A stretch of 64,000 nt of DNA from Laetmonice hystrix (taxonomy: Eukaryota). Below the pieces are notes generated by a model. That model did not search any database, had not been told where the DNA came from, and saw only the letters and a list, made by a program, of their open reading frames with translations. A program made the position numbers and the translations under genes. The stretch lies in NCBI GenBank assembly GCA_965235115.1, contig OZ249436.1, positions 2,172,001 through 2,236,000 of the forward strand. Direction: 5' to 3'. Every line of letters begins with the position of its first letter. Positions within the stretch are counted from its first letter, which is position 1. Shown here piece after piece: positions 12,377 to 25,167 of this stretch.

Positions 12377-13292
12377 AAGTGAGGGATAGGGCACGGCCCA
12401 CGAATGGCTCCATGCAGGTTATACGCTGAGGTGAACCTTGACCACTTTCTGCTGCTATAGAACACGTTTTGGAGGATTTCCGGCAATTATCCAACATGAC
12501 CGTGTACTAGGGATCCAAGTAAATAATCCTACCACAGCATTTTGTCCTCCGACGTGTTTTCGCTGCGTATGCAGCACAAGTAGGTTCTATACGACCAAAC
12601 CTATAGATTTCTCCCGATAGCACATCTCCCGCCATAATTTGGCGGACAACCTCCCATCAACCCGTGTAATTGCATACTGTGTCACATCCTGTGTGTGCAC
12701 TCTCTGCATGTGCTTAGTTACGTGCTTCGCTTAGTTGTAAACAATTCAGCAGTTGCACTCGATCGTCCGGCATCAGAATGCCACCCAAAAAATATTTTAC
12801 GAAATCGGCAGAGAAGCGGGTTAAATGAAACTGATAAGTCTGTCTTTGTTTACCAAGCAATTTTAATGAAGGATCTCTTTATGAAAACAGCGAAAGTTCT
12901 TTGAAATACCGATTTTTCACGTTTCCTTATAATATGCCCCTTTAAGTTGGAACAAAAATAGGCAATTTCTTGCACGTGGTTTAGCAGCGCCTCTAGTGAG
13001 CTGTATCAGAAGACGAGCCCGTGTACATTTTCTCATATATTTAATAAATACTGCGATGCATTACGTTTTCAAATATTTTATTTAATTAGAAAATGTTTAT
13101 TATGGGCAGTTAGAACCTTCTAGGTTCCTTACATATATTCGACGCAACTTCGGTGAGAAATGTGTTCTACCAAGCTTACACACCACTGTGCAAGTAGTCT
13201 ACTTTATGCTATATGAGTCGTGACAAGGGGTGGTCAATGTACGCTTCTCAGTCGTCTGAGATTAAAGCGACATGTCGCCTCGTGACGTGAGA

Positions 13293-13536
13293 TGGGCCAA
13301 GACAATAGGGTGTCATCCCAGGTGTTGAGGTCCACCGATGTGTCACATGATACCGAGGTGGGCCAAGACAAGAGGGTGTCTACCCAGGTGTTGAGGTCCA
13401 CCCATGTGTCACATCATACAGAGGTGGGCCACGACAAGAGGGTGTCTACCCAGGTGTTGAGGTCCACCCATGTGTCACATCATACCGAGGTGGGCCGAAA
13501 CAAGAGGGCGTAACCCCGAGTGTTGAGGTCCACCGA
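13293..13536. repeat. Minisatellite, 63-bp unit, about 4 copies
   Basis: caggtgttgaggtccacccatgtgtcacatcat... Confidence 0.88.
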
Positions 13537-13805
13537 GATTGATGAGGTGTATACAAGCGAGTGGCGGTATTGGTAGAGAGCCGAGGTGAGCCGAGGCTGT
13601 GGTAGACAGCCGAGGTGAGCCGAGGCTGTCTACCAATACCGACATGAGCGATCCCAATAGAGGTTGCCACCACTGTGGTGGTGGTCGTCGTTGGGACTCA
13701 CCCGTGTCCACTCAACTATGGCGCTTGATAATCGCACTCATAATTGCCACATGGTGACTTAGGTGAATGCTTATACAACGTGGCCAGTTTGAGATTTCCT
13801 TGAGC

Positions 13806-14015
13806 AGACTGAATAATCTCTGCAGCCAGTAGGAGTTCGTCTTGCATGCTATGCCTCAGACTGAATCATCTCTGCAGCCAATAGGAGTTCGTCTTGCATG
13901 CTATGCCGCAGACTGAATAATCTCTGTAGCCAGTAGGAGTTCGTCTTGCATGCTATACTTCAGACTGAATAATCTCTGTAGCCAGTAGGAGTTCGTCTTG
14001 CATGCTATGCCTCAG
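13806..14015. repeat. Minisatellite, about 52-bp unit, about 4 copies
   Basis: cagactgaataatctctgcagccagtaggagttcgtcttgcatgctatgc. Confidence 0.9.
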
Positions 14016-14120
14016 CTGGCTGGCTATCTGTGCTCCTATGACAAGACAACACCCCACTGATACTGGCAGGGCCTGGAACGCCAGGGCGGAGTTGGGCAGT
14101 TCGCTGTCAGAACACCGTAA

Positions 14121-14301
14121 CAGTAGCGTACCCGGGAAGGGGGGGGGGGGGGTGTGTGTGCTTGGGGTGCTCAAGCACCCCCCTCAATTTGCCCATTTTT
14201 TTGGTGCGCTTGTTGCCCACAGCGCCCTCACAATTTGCAGCGCCTACGACGTTGGTTATTCCAGCACCCCGCCCTGGGTCCAGTTTCTGGGTACGTCACT
14301 G
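14121..14301. mobile_element. hAT-like MITE
   Basis: Imperfect TIR cagtagcgtacccg / ctgggtacgtcactg; flanks ccgtaa / tcgtaa (possible 6-bp TSD with one mismatch). Confidence 0.6.
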
Positions 14302-14437
14302 TCGTAAGGTCGTGCTCGGCCAGGGCAGCCGCTGTATAACTGATGGCTGAACGTGATGCCAGGACAAAGTCCTGTCTAGACTTCACATCTTCAGATATAC
14401 ATGATAAGTTTCTCTAGGAGGATAAACAGACTTCAAC

Positions 14438-15360
14438 ACGGCGTCCTGTGTTAGCGAGCTCTCCTGGCGGCGTCCTGTGTTAGCGAACTCTCCTCACGGC
14501 GTCCTGTGTTAGCGAGCTCTCCTCACGGCGTCCTGTGTTAGCGAGCTCTCCTCACGGCGTCCTGTGTTAGCGAGCTCTCCTCACGGCGTCCTGTGTTAAC
14601 GAGCAGTCCTCACGGCGTCCTGTGTTAGCGAGCTCTCCTCACGGCGTCCTGTGTTAGCGAGCTCTCCTCACGGCGTCCCGTGTTAGCGAGCTCTCCTCAC
14701 GGCGTCCCGTGTTAGCGAGCTCTCCTCACGGCGTCCTGTGTTAGCGAGCTCTCCTCACGGCGTCCCGTGTTAGCGAGCTCTCCTCACGGCGTCCTGTGTT
14801 AGCGAGCTCTCCTCACGGCGTCCTGTGTTAGCGAGCTCTCCTCACGGCGTCCTGTGTTAGCGAGCTCTCCTCACGGCGTCCTGTGTTAGCGAGCTCTCCT
14901 CACGGCGTCCTGTGTTAACGAGCAGTCCTCACGGCGTCCTGTGTTAGCGAGCTCTCCTCACGGCGTCCTGTGTTAGCGAGCTCTCCTCACGGCGTCCTGT
15001 GTTAGCGAGCTCTCCTCACGGCGTCCTGTGTTAACGAGCTCTCCTCACGGCGTCCTGTGTTAGCGAGCTCTCCTCACGGCGTCCTGTGTTAGCGAGCTCT
15101 CCTCACGGCGTCCTGTGTTAGCGAGCTCTCCTCACGGCGTCCTGTGTTAGCGAGCTCTCCTCACGGCGTCCTGTGTTAGCGAGCTCTCCTCACGGCGTCC
15201 TGTGTTAGCGAGCTCTCCTCACGGCGTCCTGTGTTAGCGAGCTCTCCTCACGGCGTCCTGTGTTAGCGAGCTCTCCTCACGGCGTCCTGTGTTAGCGAGC
15301 TCTCCTCACGGCGTCCCGTGTTAGCGAGCTCTCCTCACAGCGTCCTGTGTTAGCGAGCTC
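14438..15360. repeat. Minisatellite, 29-bp unit, about 32 copies
   Basis: cacggcgtcctgtgttagcgagctctcct. Confidence 0.97.
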
Positions 15361-16663
15361 GGCTACACCATCCTGTGTTAGTGAGTTCTCTTAACGGGAG
15401 CCAGTTAACGATTTCGACCTGTAGAATTGCAATGTCATGAACTGCTAGATTGAAATCTGCTCTTTCTTGTAAAGAATGGAGGGGGATAACAGCTGGAGCA
15501 ATTTATACTAGTACCAGATACAGTCCTTATCGAATGTTTCATTGATTCCCGTTGGTATTCAGTAGAAAGTTATTACTAGCTAGTCAAATAAATGGAATAA
15601 AATGTTGATTTTATCATATTTTTGTTGGTGACTTACCTTCGTGTGGGTAGTATCATTATGAAGTCTCACTTAACATGTTATAATACCCTGGATAATACCA
15701 ACCATTGTCGGTCGGAAAATCTAATCAAAAATTGAAATTTTGTGGAGTTATTGAAGTTTCTCTCACAAATTACCAGTAGAGTAGATGATGTCTTTAAATT
15801 ATTAATAAGGTTTATCACCTTCATAACCGATGTGAACGGGTATTATGGCATATTGAGGACTTTACACACGTACTGGTTATAACTATATCATACTAGATTG
15901 ATATATTATGCCAAATAAGTTTTGTCGAAAAGAAAAGCAGAATTTTAGTTTATTTTTTTCCTAAAAGTCTGTTCATATTATGTTGAGCAAAAATAATAAT
16001 TTTGTCATCTTTCTATGAATTAGAAATACTTGTATTGACCGTAATATTCGAGTAGTCATCATAGTGCATGATAATCCTTTACGATAATCCTACAGTTTCA
16101 AAATCATGTCAGCATCTCTAAGATATTCTGACCAACCCGGTTTTCTCATCATACTTTGGACTGTAACTATGTGATTAGGTTTATCAGAAAAGACTTTCAT
16201 ATCTTTGTCAGAATTACTAATGCCTATATATCGTCGTTCAAAGTTGTATATATGTGTAAGAAATGAGTCAGTATAACATGTGAAGTTCTAAGTTGTCACA
16301 GACTTAGAGAGGAGCACTAAAATGAAGCTTGCCAGACTTTACTAATTTGATATTAAATATATTTGATTAATTTCATATTGTAAAGAAAATAGATTACCAT
16401 ATGCACAAACACTGAAATTGATAGCGGCTACTTAATACCTAATTATTATTATGTTTAGCTTTAGCAGAATATTTGTTATAATCCTACCAGCAAACCGAAT
16501 TGTCCATGTTTAGCACAATCGATCAGTTGAGAAAGGTGTAAAAATATAAGGATGTTAGAATAATCGGATGTTTAGGAAGACAGGAAAGAAAAATGAAGTT
16601 TCTTAATATTTAATATCACCAAAGTTTCTTAATATTTATTTTATCGTGGTAAGTAATGGAAAT

Positions 16664-17154
16664 CAGGGTTCCCACGGTTATGGAAAATCCTGGGGAAAAT
16701 CTGTCATTTAAACTCAGTGAAATGTCATGGAAAATGGGCAAAAAATTTAAAGTCATGAAAACGGAAAAATATCATGGAAAAGTTATGAAACTTAGATGGA
16801 TGTCACTTTACAATTATCGCGATTATGGCTACGGCGTCTTCCAGTCTGTTTTATATTCCCTTGCCTTGGCCTACTTATCTTTGATCAATAGGACATTATA
16901 TTATGTAAATGTAATTTTTGCTTGACGATTTCCAGTTGGTGTAGGCGTTGTGGGTGGGTCGGGTGGCTATGAGTGGAGGAGGAGGCCGTATTAACAAAAT
17001 TGGAAGTTACATTTACATGTGCGATGGATATTGTGAATATCTTCTACATTTACTTCTATAAAATATCGTAATTCATGGAAAACAACATAATTTGTCATGG
17101 AAACGCCATGGAAAAGTCATGGAATTTTGTTATCAGATTTCCGTGGGAACCCTG
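16664..17154. mobile_element. hAT-like MITE, 491 bp
   Basis: Perfect 14-bp TIR cagggttcccacgg; subterminal tcatggaaaa repeats; flanks ggaaat / ggaatt. Confidence 0.8.
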
Positions 17155-17940
17155 GGAATTAACAAATGTTTTAAAGAGATTACAACTTTATACCCCATTA
17201 GTTAATATTGTTAAATATTGTGTGTGCTAATATATTTTAAAATATCTGATAATGAAACAGAATTGAAGGCGCGAACAAACGGAGAGTTGTTTCTTATTAT
17301 GATTTTTGCTGATACGAACAGATATTCTCTTCAGATTGGTAGATTCAGCACTTTGTTTCTGTCACTTTGTTCTGCACCAGCTAAATGTTGCACTCAGCGT
17401 GTCCTTGAAACCTCACTACAGTCGGCATTGCTCGGATGCTCGGCACAGACATATACGCTTTGGCGCCAACAATCGATGTTCCTGACAGAAAACTGACAGA
17501 AAAGTAAAATTACAAATACTGCTGACATTTTGTCCTAGTCGGAATCTCTCACATATTAGCCTTTAGAACAAACATATATACTGAAATCCCAAGGAGGGGG
17601 GGAGGTTCCTGTTCATATTCATTTCAGAACAGTTGGTATGTGAAGAAGATTGAATTTAACTTGACCGGAGAAGATGTGTGTACGAAAGAATATCTGTTTC
17701 ACCCGTTCACCAAGGCGATATGAAAGTGGCCCCCTTTGAAAGATATTAAGTTCTGTCAAAGCGCCAAGTCCTTCAGTCCCATTCCCAACAATGTTTCCAG
17801 CGTCGGTCTTTTTTGTCGTCATGATTTCTTTTTCTTATGTAATAGATTTTTTTTAGGAGAATAACCTAAATACTGAAGAAGGTAATGTTGTGTTGGTCTG
17901 GTGACCAATGCGTTTCGTGAAGAGGAGTGTATAGATAGGA

Positions 17941-18514
17941 TTGTAGGGTCATGTTGGGTATAGGCGCCACCCATACTAAACCTATTGTAGGATCATGTTG
18001 GGTATAGGCGCCACCCATACTAAACCTATTGTAGGATCATGTTGGGTATAGGCGCCACCCATACTAAACCTATTGTAGGATCATGTTGGGTATAGGCGCC
18101 ACCCATACTAAACGTATCGTAGGATCATGTTGGGTATAGGCGCCACCCATACTAAACGTATCGTAGGATCATGTTGGGTATAGGCGCCACCCATACTAAA
18201 CGTATCGTAGGATCATGTTGGGTATAGGCGCCACCCATACTAAACGTATCGTAGGATCATGTTGGGTATAGGCGCCACCCATACTAAACGTATCGTAGGA
18301 TCATGTTGGGTATAGGCGTCACCCATACTAAACGTATCGTAGGATCATGTTGGGTATAGGGGTCACCCATACTAAACGTATCGTAGGATCATGTTGGGTA
18401 TAGGCGCCACCCATACTAAACGTATCGTAGGATCATGTTGGGTATAGGCGTCACCCATACTAAACGTATCGTAGGATCATGTTGGGTATAGGCGCCACCC
18501 ATACTAAACGTATC
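17941..18514. repeat. Minisatellite, 44-bp unit, 13 copies, ending about 20 nt before the CaM exon
   Basis: cgtaggatcatgttgggtataggcgccacccatactaaacgtat. Confidence 0.96.
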
Positions 18515-18533
18515 TGTTTGTTTCACTCCATAG

Positions 18534-18693
18534 TCCACACGGCAGCAGCCAGATGTCACAGCAGAGTACTCAAGGCTACCCCAGTGATGTCAACACCGAT
18601 ATGTATGACGTCATGGTTAATCCCGAAATGCCATCGCCAGCCCGAATTCGCTGGATTGGTGCCTTTCAAAAGGTCTGCGCGAAGCTCAATGAA
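18534..18693 (+). CDS. unc-13: Coding exon carrying an Unc13/Munc13-type calmodulin-binding motif (PARIRWIGAFQKVCAKLNE)
   Basis: Acceptor tgtttgtttcactccatag, donor GAA|gtaagt, phase 2 in and 0 out. W-x3-F-x2-V spacing matches Munc13-1 RAKANWLRAFNKVRMQLQE (recalled sequence). Confidence 0.85.
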
Positions 18694-19145
18694 GTAAGTA
18701 CTCCCTTTGTTTACACCCTACCTGACCACAGTATATTATAATGTTCTCTGTTAGCTAGCAGTGCATTGTTTACATCAATGAGCAGTCGGTGTTGATCTGT
18801 TGAAATGTTTTGAGTGTTTTAGCGAACTTTCCTGGTTTTGTTCATTGTTTCCTCATCACCATTGTCGCCATCAATCATCGATATTTCAGGGACATCATCA
18901 AGTTTTTGTTGTTATTCGGATCCTAGAGTTGACATCTTTGTATGACCTGGATGTAACCTAAGCTTCTATTTGGTGACCTATTGTCCATGGTATCCCAGAG
19001 TTCCATCCTCTACTTCCGGTTGTTCCCGCTGGCTGCCGTTGATGAGTTCCGTCTATGAGTTTACTCGTCGAAGCCTGCAGTGTTGGCCTGTAGCTCTCCT
19101 TGTCATACTCCTGTTGGAAACCCCAATACCTCAGTGTTTGTCTGG

Positions 19146-19600
19146 CTTGTATCCACCCTGGGCAGTATACCCTGTAAGGTGACTGTTGGGGGATGAAACG
19201 ACTGCTATTTGTTTCAGGTTGACATACAGGTTGTGGTAGTATAAGTATGTGATACTTACCTTGTATCCACCCTGGGCAGTGTACCCTGTAAGGCGACTGT
19301 TGGGGGATGAAACGACCGCTATTTGTTTCAGGTTGACATACAGGTTGTGGTAGTATAAGTATGTGATACTTACCTTGTATCCACCCTGGGCAGTGTACCC
19401 TGTAAGGCGACTGTTGGGGGATGAAACGACTGCTATTTGTTTCAGGTTGACATACAGGTTGTGGTAGTATAAGTATGTGATACTTACCTTGTATCCACCC
19501 TGGGCAGTGTACCCTGTAAGGCGACTGTTGGGGGATGAAACGACTGCTATTTGTTTCAGGTTGACATACAGGTTGTGGTAGTAGTATGTGATACTTACCT
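19146..19600. repeat. Tandem repeat, 114-bp unit, about 4 copies
   Basis: cttgtatccaccctgggcagtgtaccctgtaagg...gtgatacttac. Confidence 0.95.
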
Positions 19601-20156
19601 AGGAACTCCAGGGACACCATGTTCAAATTTCAGGTTCAAGCGATCAGCGAAAGTATTTTTATAATGGACTGGAAAGATATGTTTCTGTTGTTCTTGCTTA
19701 CTCCGATTCTGCTGCCATATTTGGACATACCCTATGATCTATAAATAGATTACTGCTAGTTCCCAGCTCGCGCTGGCTTCAGAAAATAGCGGACGGGCCG
19801 AACGGTAACTCTTGGCTGAACTCCATTTTTAAAATACTTTTAACAATGTTACAAAAGGTAACGTGTTGGATCTCCTACAAGTTCTAAGACTCCACGACAT
19901 TTACCCACCGGACTTTGTACCCCTGTGAATCTCGATCTCAACCCGGATCAGTTGTTACCCCGCAAACAAGTTTTCCATCCAAAGGCAACTGGTGTAAAAC
20001 ATGACAGGCGACTCGAGAAGGGCACATTTAGGAGTATTCCTCTGAGAGAAGCTTTATCTATTTTTTAACCCGTTGTGTCGGCTGGATTTGTTGTGTACCG
20101 ATTTGAAGTTGTGACACGTTTATGAAAACAACCCCCAGCCTTGCCATCTGAGCGTC

Positions 20157-20428
20157 ACCTGGGAGATATAGAAAGTTAGTTGAAGTCTGAGGGACATCTG
20201 GGAGATATACAAAAGGTTAGTTGAAGTCTGAGGGACATCTGGGAGATATACAAAAGGTTAGTTGAAGTCTGAGGGACATCTGGGAGATATAGAAAGGTAG
20301 TTGAAGTCTGGGGGACATCTGGGAGATATACAAAAGGTTAGTTGAAGTCTGAGGGACATCTGGGAGATATACAAAAGGTTAGTTGAAGTCTGAGGGACAT
20401 CTGGGAGATACAGAAAGGTAGTTGAAGT
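20157..20428. repeat. Minisatellite, about 40-bp unit, about 6 copies
   Basis: ttgaagtctgagggacatctgggagatatacaaaaggttag. Confidence 0.92.
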
Positions 20429-20908
20429 AGCTAACATTATTAATGAGGTTTCACAGACAAGTATTGATCGACAAAGCTAGGTTTATATACGTCTTTGTGT
20501 ATTGATCGACTGAGCTAAATTTATATACGTCTGTGTGTATTGGAGTTAGGAATACCGAGTGAGCATTGAGAGGATGTGATTAGGTTTAGGACAGTTGTTA
20601 TAACAAAAGAATCAATCGAATAAAAATACGAAATCAGAACAACTTCCGGAGAACCTGGTGGGAGGTTGTTGTTGAAGTAGGCGGCTGTCTACAGGGTTAT
20701 TGCGACGTGTTGCACAGTTAGCGTGGCTGCGTATGTCAGTACGGGCCATCTGAGGGGGCGGGAGGGATGCTGTCCCCTACGAGAACAAGATTACATGTAC
20801 ATGTATTGAATATGCCAAGAATATTGAATAAACAAAATTACTGACATGCAGGTGGCACAATACAGATGAGTGAATACATTTAGTCGTGATGTTAACAGGG
20901 GAAAATAT

Positions 20909-21491
20909 CCCCCAACTGTACAGTAGTCCTGTCATATGTATACAAAACTACCGGTAGTACCCTCCCCCCAACTGTACAGTAGTCCTGTCATATGTATACA
21001 AAACTACCGGTAGTACCCTCTCCCCAACTGTACAGTAGTCCTGTCATATGTATACAAAACTACCGGTAGTACCCTCTCCCCAACTGTACAGTAGTCCTGT
21101 CATATGTATACAAAACTACCGGTAGTACCCTCTCCCCAACTGTACAGTAGTCCTGTCATATGTATACAAAACTACCGGTAGTACCCTCTCCCCAACTGTA
21201 CAGTAGTCCTGTCATATGTATACAAAACTACCGGTAGTACCCTCTCCCCAACTGTACAGTAGTCCTGTCATATGTATACAAAACTACCGGTAGTACCCTC
21301 TCCCCAACTGTACAGTAGTCCTGTCATATGTATACAAAACTACCGGCAGTACCGTCTCCCCAACTGTACAGTAGTCCTGTCATATGTATACAAAACTACC
21401 GGTAGTACCCTCTCCCCAACTGTACAGTAGTCCTGTCATATGTATACAAAACTACCGGTAGTACCCTCCCCCCAACTGTACAGTAGTCCTG
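20909..21491. repeat. Minisatellite, 56-bp palindrome-rich unit, about 10 copies
   Basis: actgtacagtagtcctgtcatatgtatacaaaactaccggtagtaccctctcccca. Confidence 0.96.
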
Positions 21492-21976
21492 CCGTGCTGT
21501 GGTGTCACCGAATACTGACATCTGTATACTGGCCCCACAACGTGTCAATTAAAGCGGCCATATCCTCCGAGATTTGTAGGTGACCTCCTCGTGCTGTCAG
21601 TGTGTCCACGGTACGGGTAGATAACACTGACAGCGGTCTATAACTGACAATAGAACGTTGCTTCACAGCAAACAGGTGATCCTCACTGCTGACGGGTATA
21701 GGGGGAAGTAGGCCACCTGTAGGTAAATTATGGCATAGCTAACCGGGTCACAGGCGGGATGACCCTGAGATTTTCTCGTCTAGAAGATCAACTGTAAGAG
21801 TGTCCCGAAAAGGACCAGTGGAATAAAAACAGGTAGGTAAGGGTGCACGCCCATTGGGGCAGACAGAAGGAGGGGGTGATTAGGGGGTATTAGGGGAGGG
21901 AGATTAGGAGAGGGTGTATGAAGAGGAAGTCAGAAATAAAAGAGGACATGCATTGAGGGAGGTAGTGAAGACAGTG

Positions 21977-22050
21977 ATGGGTGATCTGTTACTGCTGCCC
22001 ACGTTAGTGAGGGGCGTATCGTGCCGCCCACCGCTCCCACTGTCAGCCAG
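21977..22050 (+). CDS. Candidate alternative first coding exon (MGDLLLLPTLVRGVSCRPPLPLSA)
   Basis: ATG at 21977 with an in-frame TAG upstream at 21905; strong donor CAG|gtaagc; its phase 2 exit matches the acceptor at 22372. Confidence 0.3.
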
Positions 22051-22371
22051 GTAAGCAGTTCCCAGCCTCATTACCGTGTGACACTCATATCTTACCTGAG
22101 GCAGGTGCCCGTGTGTCCAGCCAGTGTCCACTAGTTGCCTATGTACAGGTCCCGGCAGCGTGTGGCCGGCTGCTCGCCCCAGGATGCTATCTCACCGTAC
22201 CGTTATCCGGCCTTCATATACCCGGAGACGGCCATGATTGACAGCGTGTGATCACCTCGGAATATTGTCTGCACTCAGCCTAATGGATCAGTCGACAAAT
22301 ACACTCAGCTGTAGACAGCTATGAAGTGATCATGTCTGTATATACCCAACAGTGACTTGATACATTCCCAG

Positions 22372-22789
22372 GCGGAGCTGCCCAAAGTGTCAAGAAGTTG
22401 CACATTTCCCAATGGATCCCGAGTTAGCGGGTAGTTTCCTGATGATGGGGCTGTTGTCGCCCATGAAGGCGGTCATGTTCCCGGCCAAGCCCCCACCAGT
22501 CCAGTTTGACAGCGGGTTGAGGACGCCTAGGGCTCGCAGTATGAGTGACCTTCTGACGCTTAATGACGCTCCATCCATGGTGCCCCTTGCAAACAGTCTT
22601 CTCGTACCCCAGACACTGCGACAGCTGACGCTTCGTAAGAGTCACACCGAGGTCAATATGGCGGCATTCATACGGGATCAAGAACTGCCTTTTCTTCAAG
22701 AGTTAAAAAAGGCCAAGGAATCAAAGGTCGAGGTCAGCCTCAGAAATGTCCCTGAGGTCACGGCAAGGGTCATGTGGATGAATCTAAAG
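22372..22789 (+). CDS. Alternative coding exon (418 nt; RSCPKCQEVAHFPMDPE...TARVMWMNLK), probably isoform-specific for unc-13
   Basis: Acceptor tacattcccag|G, donor AAG|gtaggc. Non-repetitive, protein-like open frame. Phase 2 in and 0 out, identical to the CaM exon. Confidence 0.65.
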
Positions 22790-23055
22790 GTAGGCGTCAA
22801 TTCTACCCAACTGTCAAAAAATTGTATCTATTACTCACGCAGCAATATCAAGGGAGGCAATTTTTGATGTCCCCTAACTTCTGCGGACCAGAGTGGGGGC
22901 GGCCTTCCTTGTTTAAAAATTAATTGAAAAAAAAAAACACATTCTAGATACACATGTAAACTTTGAACAGGTAAAGAGTCTCAAATAGGGGTTTAATAGG
23001 GCCATCGCAATCAGTGATTTTTAAATGAAAGCTGTAAAAACATTTCAACAATATA

Positions 23056-23626
23056 CAGGGTGGTCCAACAAAAGTTACCAATTCTAAATTGCTGTCATTT
23101 CCAGGAAAAGTATGATTTTCTGTAAATTTCAGGTGAACCACAGTTTGGAGCTACAAAGTTTTATTGACCGGCAGCAATGAATCCAGAAACTCGATACTCG
23201 CTGCAGGAGAGGGTCAACATTTTTGAGACCTATTTTGCGAAATCAAAAATTAAAAATCAAAAATTCTGCCAGACGTTTTCTCAGAGTCTCAGTGTTGTTT
23301 TCCGTCCTAGCAGGGCAGACCACAGTGACCTTTATTTGTATCTTTCGTTTCCCTCAATTGGTCCAGGAGACGTCTACCTCTAAGTCTACTAGGAGCATTT
23401 CTTCCTGGAAACTCCGTCATAAATTGCCCTTGAGTGAGGACTTGATTTCCTCGCAAAATAGGTCTCGACAATCTTGACCCTCCCCTGCACAAGTTTCTGG
23501 ATCCATTGATGCTGGTCAGTAAGAATTGGAAGCTTCCACTATGGTTCCCCTGAAATTGAAAGAAAAATAATCATTTTCCTGGAAATGACAACAATTTAGA
23601 ATTGGTAATTTTTTTATACCACCCTG
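23056..23626 (+). mobile_element. Internally deleted Tc1/mariner element with a transposase N-terminal remnant
   Basis: About 100 bp imperfect TIRs (cagggtgg...ccaccctg), TA TSD. ORF 23177 MNPETRYSLQERVNIFETYF resembles the N-terminal HTH of DD37D/maT-like transposases. Confidence 0.8.
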
Positions 23627-23980
23627 TAAAAACTTCACTGAATACATTATGGGGTGACATGATGTTTGATTAATTGTGCTCGATGTCTGGACGGACATCT
23701 AGCTGACCTTATAGATGAAAACAATGCTGCTGCTGTTGGTGCTGAGCACTGTTGAACATTGCTGCTGCTGTTGCTGCTGGTGTTATATCTGCCGTTTCTA
23801 CTGCTGAAACTGTGCTGGTGTTATATCTACCGTTTCTACTGCTGAAACTGTGCTGGTGTTATATCTACCGTTTCTACTGCTGAAACTGTGACAGACAACC
23901 CCGAGATGAACCAGTATTGTTATCGATATTTTAAGCTGCCACTCTCATGGTTTTTAAGACTCATTGAAAGCCAGTGTTCT

Positions 23981-24247
23981 CTTCCAGCTGTAGTTTAAAA
24001 GCTTCCAGCTGTAGTTTGAAAGCTTCCAGCTGTAGTTTGAAAGCTTCCAGCTGTAGTTTGAAAGCTTCCAACTGTAGGTTGAAAGCTTCCAGCTGTAGTT
24101 TGAAAGCTTCCAGCTGTAGTTTGAAAGCTTCCAGCTGTAGTTTGAAAGCTTCCAGCTGTAGTTTGAAAGCTTCCAACTGTAGGTTGAAAGCTTCCAGCTG
24201 TAGTTTGAAAGCTTCCAGCTGTAGTTTGAAAGCTTCCAGCTGTAGTT
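23981..24247. repeat. Minisatellite, 21-bp unit, about 12 copies
   Basis: ttccagctgtagtttgaaagc; a variant unit recurs 105 bp apart. Confidence 0.95.
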
Positions 24248-25167
24248 AGCGTACATTGCCTCAATGGGAACATTGAGACTATGTACGCTGGTACGCTGTG
24301 TTTCATGATTACATGGCATGGTTCAGTTAGAAGAGGGTTGAGGGTTAACCCCCATGTCCCCCATGGAAACATCTCCAGGGAAATTGGGGGTAAGAACTAC
24401 AAATGTAACACTTTCTCCCCCCCCCCCTCCAAAAAAAAATCCCAATCGCTTCTTAAAGAAATTACTGTAAAATTTAGCATGGCTGAGTAACCAGTCACGA
24501 TGACGGACACGTTAAAACTGCACCAGATTGGTTCTCCTTTTGTATGGCCGAGTTTGGAAACGTTGAGGTAGTGATTTGACCGTCGAGTGGGAGTGACAGT
24601 TAAAACAAAGACGTGCCTTGATTTGTGAACGTTAAACACTAAGGATCAGGTTCCATCATCTCTTAGCTCATCTTAGTTCGTCTTAGCTCGTCTTAGCCCA
24701 TTGTGTTCCAGTAACAGGAAAACATTGCACATCAGTGGCCACGAATCTTGGTCTCTGCCGTCATAATACAATCGAAACCTGTTTAGTTGGAGAAAAATAC
24801 GATTACTGGATTAAATAGTCAGTGATCACAGTGTTAGCATTGAATCGAGTTACCGAAAAAAGTCGTCTTGGGAGATCTGGAGAAAGTTGTAAATACATTA
24901 CATTCAATATTTTAAAAAAAGGTGATTTATATTAATACATCCCCGGTGACATACTGTCAGGCACCACTTCACTTATTGTGACTTTAGAGTCAGCCCAGAA
25001 TAGGGTAGTACCCCTCCCAACTGTATCATCTAATAGGATAAAAAAAACTATTTGTAAGGGTCTCATCACTATTTTATCACGGCTAAATTTTGCTTTATCG
25101 GTTAAAATATTAATGATAGGATGGTTCTCTGGGTAGCCCATTCTTCTGTCTTCATTGAATATTTAAA

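Noticed and set aside
12376..12945. Kolobok-like element ending in tatgcccctttaa
   Set aside because: Only one end is recognisable; no matching TIR or TTAA partner was found.
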